A stretch of 36,522 nucleotides of DNA from Octopus bimaculoides (lineage: Eukaryota), in the NCBI RefSeq assembly GCF_001194135.2, contig NC_068999.1, positions 42,929,935 through 42,966,456 of the forward strand, in the 5' to 3' direction. The position numbers and the translations under genes are program-made. The notes beneath the pieces were generated by a model. That model was given only the letters and a program-made list of their open reading frames with translations. It did not search any database and was not told the origin of the DNA. Of this stretch, positions 36,181 through 36,522 are shown piece after piece (the stretch's first letter is position 1; every line of letters begins with the position of its first letter).

Positions 36181-36244
36181 TAGAATTATAGAATTATAGA
36201 ATTGTAGAATTATAGAATTGTAGAATTATAGAATTATAGAATTA
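36181..36244. repeat. 8-mer tandem array (TAGAATTR)x8
   Basis: Six TAGAATTA and two TAGAATTG units. Confidence 0.95.
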
Positions 36245-36342
36245 TATTTAGCCCCGTTCATAATGTTCAGCCTCAGATTTGGGATAAGCAAAATGCTTAA
36301 TTTTTATCAGTTTTATCTAACTGAATGTAACAAATTATAGAA

Positions 36343-36359
36343 CAACAATGATGATGATG

Positions 36360-36456
<97 letters not shown>

Positions 36457-36479
36457 TAATAATAATAATAATAATAATG

Positions 36480-36510
<31 letters not shown>
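36343..36510. repeat. (AAT)n with AAC/GAT variants
   Basis: Read directly. Confidence 0.97.
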
Positions 36511-36511
<1 letters not shown>

Positions 36512-36522
36512 TCTCCCTTACA

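Overview
Eukaryotic, AT-rich, microsatellite-saturated non-coding DNA with 14 assembly gaps (about 5.7 kb of N). The interspersed repeats resemble octopus (coleoid cephalopod) tRNA-derived SINEs as I remember them, so an Octopus short-read scaffold is the likely source; this is inference and no search was run. I recognise no complete host gene, and nearly all ORFs in the track are microsatellite or N-gap artefacts. Supported content: about 20 SINE copies or fragments from several families, a decayed mariner transposase C-terminus, a Tc1 transposase N-terminus, a Penelope-like (PLE) reverse-transcriptase fragment, and a probable RTE-LINE 3' end with two intact C2H2 fingers. The most interesting signals are two different hammerhead-ribozyme-like motifs on the minus strand. 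The one at 7337-7392 has a canonical core and a GUC site. The one at 23180-23215 has minimal, dimer-type PLE architecture with a CUGUUGA core variant. Also notable are a correctly spaced CCAAT/TATA/Inr promoter candidate on the minus strand (~5790-6002), a short inverted SINE pair that could form an ADAR substrate, and a GC-rich pseudoknot-like module near 33.5 kb.
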